Assembly (NCBI RefSeq): GCF_006345805.1
Contig: NC_043006.1
Coordinates: 28,396,001-28,460,000 of the forward strand
Reading direction: 5' to 3'
Length of the DNA: 64,000 bases
Source: Octopus sinensis
Lineage: Eukaryota
The notes under the pieces were generated by a model. It worked only from the letters and a program-made list of their open reading frames with translations. It searched no databases and was not told where the DNA came from. This document shows, piece after piece, positions 63,542-64,000 of this stretch; positions within the stretch are counted from its first letter, which is position 1; the number at the start of each line of letters is the position of its first letter. Both the position numbers and the translations under genes were made by a program.

Positions 63542-64000
63542 CAGGGGTTGGACAAAATAATGGAAACACCTTAAAATTTCAGACAAATTAATTTTAATAT
63601 GGGGTAGGACTGCCTTTGGCAGTAATTACAGCTTGAATTCTATAAGGTATGGACTCGTACAAAGTTTGAATTGTTTCCAAAGGAATTTTCGACCATTCTT
63701 CAGCTGAAACAGTCTCCAGTTCCTGTAGTGATGATAGTAGAGGATATCGACTCCTTACTTGTTTTTCTAAAATGCACCATAAATGTTCAATAATATTGAC
63801 ATCTGAGGACTGTGATGGCCAAATAAGATGTTCGACTTTACTAGAATGTTCCTCGTGCCATTCAGTAACAATTTTAGCTGTATGAATTGTTGCATTATCA
63901 TCCTGAAAGATTGCGTTTCCCTCCTAAAACAGTTCCATAACTATAGGATGAATTTGATCAGATAAAATGCTTAAATAGTCTTGACTGTTAATTCTGCCAT
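63542..64000 (-). mobile_element. Tc1 transposon 3' end in an AGL intron, cut by the window edge
   Basis: TA+CAGGGGTTGGACAAAATAATGGAAACACC terminus. Minus strand IFQDDNATIHTAK...WPSQSSDVNIIEHLW...RIQAVITAKG. Confidence 0.85.

Overview
Repeat-dense AT-rich animal genomic DNA. The tRNA-derived SINE families, (TA)n/(TG)n/(AAT)n load and Penelope/RTE/Tc1 content suggest an octopod cephalopod (inference). The one host gene I can identify is glycogen debranching enzyme (AGL), + strand: coding exons 62083-62202 (canonical ATG 62121) and 63090-63312, continuing past the window. An acidic 1237-nt coding exon at 12662-13898 ends in a strong phase-1 donor that joins the AGL exon in frame across 48.2 kb, predicting a 425-aa N-terminal extension. 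Further candidate first exons end at 28908 (GC donor, also in frame), 43131 and 57396. CpG density falls sharply near 44 kb, with CpG decay in downstream SINE copies, consistent with gene-body methylation starting behind a promoter near 43 kb. The rest is transposon debris: pogo/Tigger, Tc1 (DD34E), maT (DD37D), MITEs, Helentron-type elements, a Gypsy fragment, R4/Dong fragments beside microsatellites, Penelope-like elements with inverted termini and a minimal hammerhead fold, and a near-full-length RTE-BovB LINE with its 5' 1.6 kb inverted. No database searches were run. Family calls rest on recognised motifs, and many repeat boundaries are approximate.
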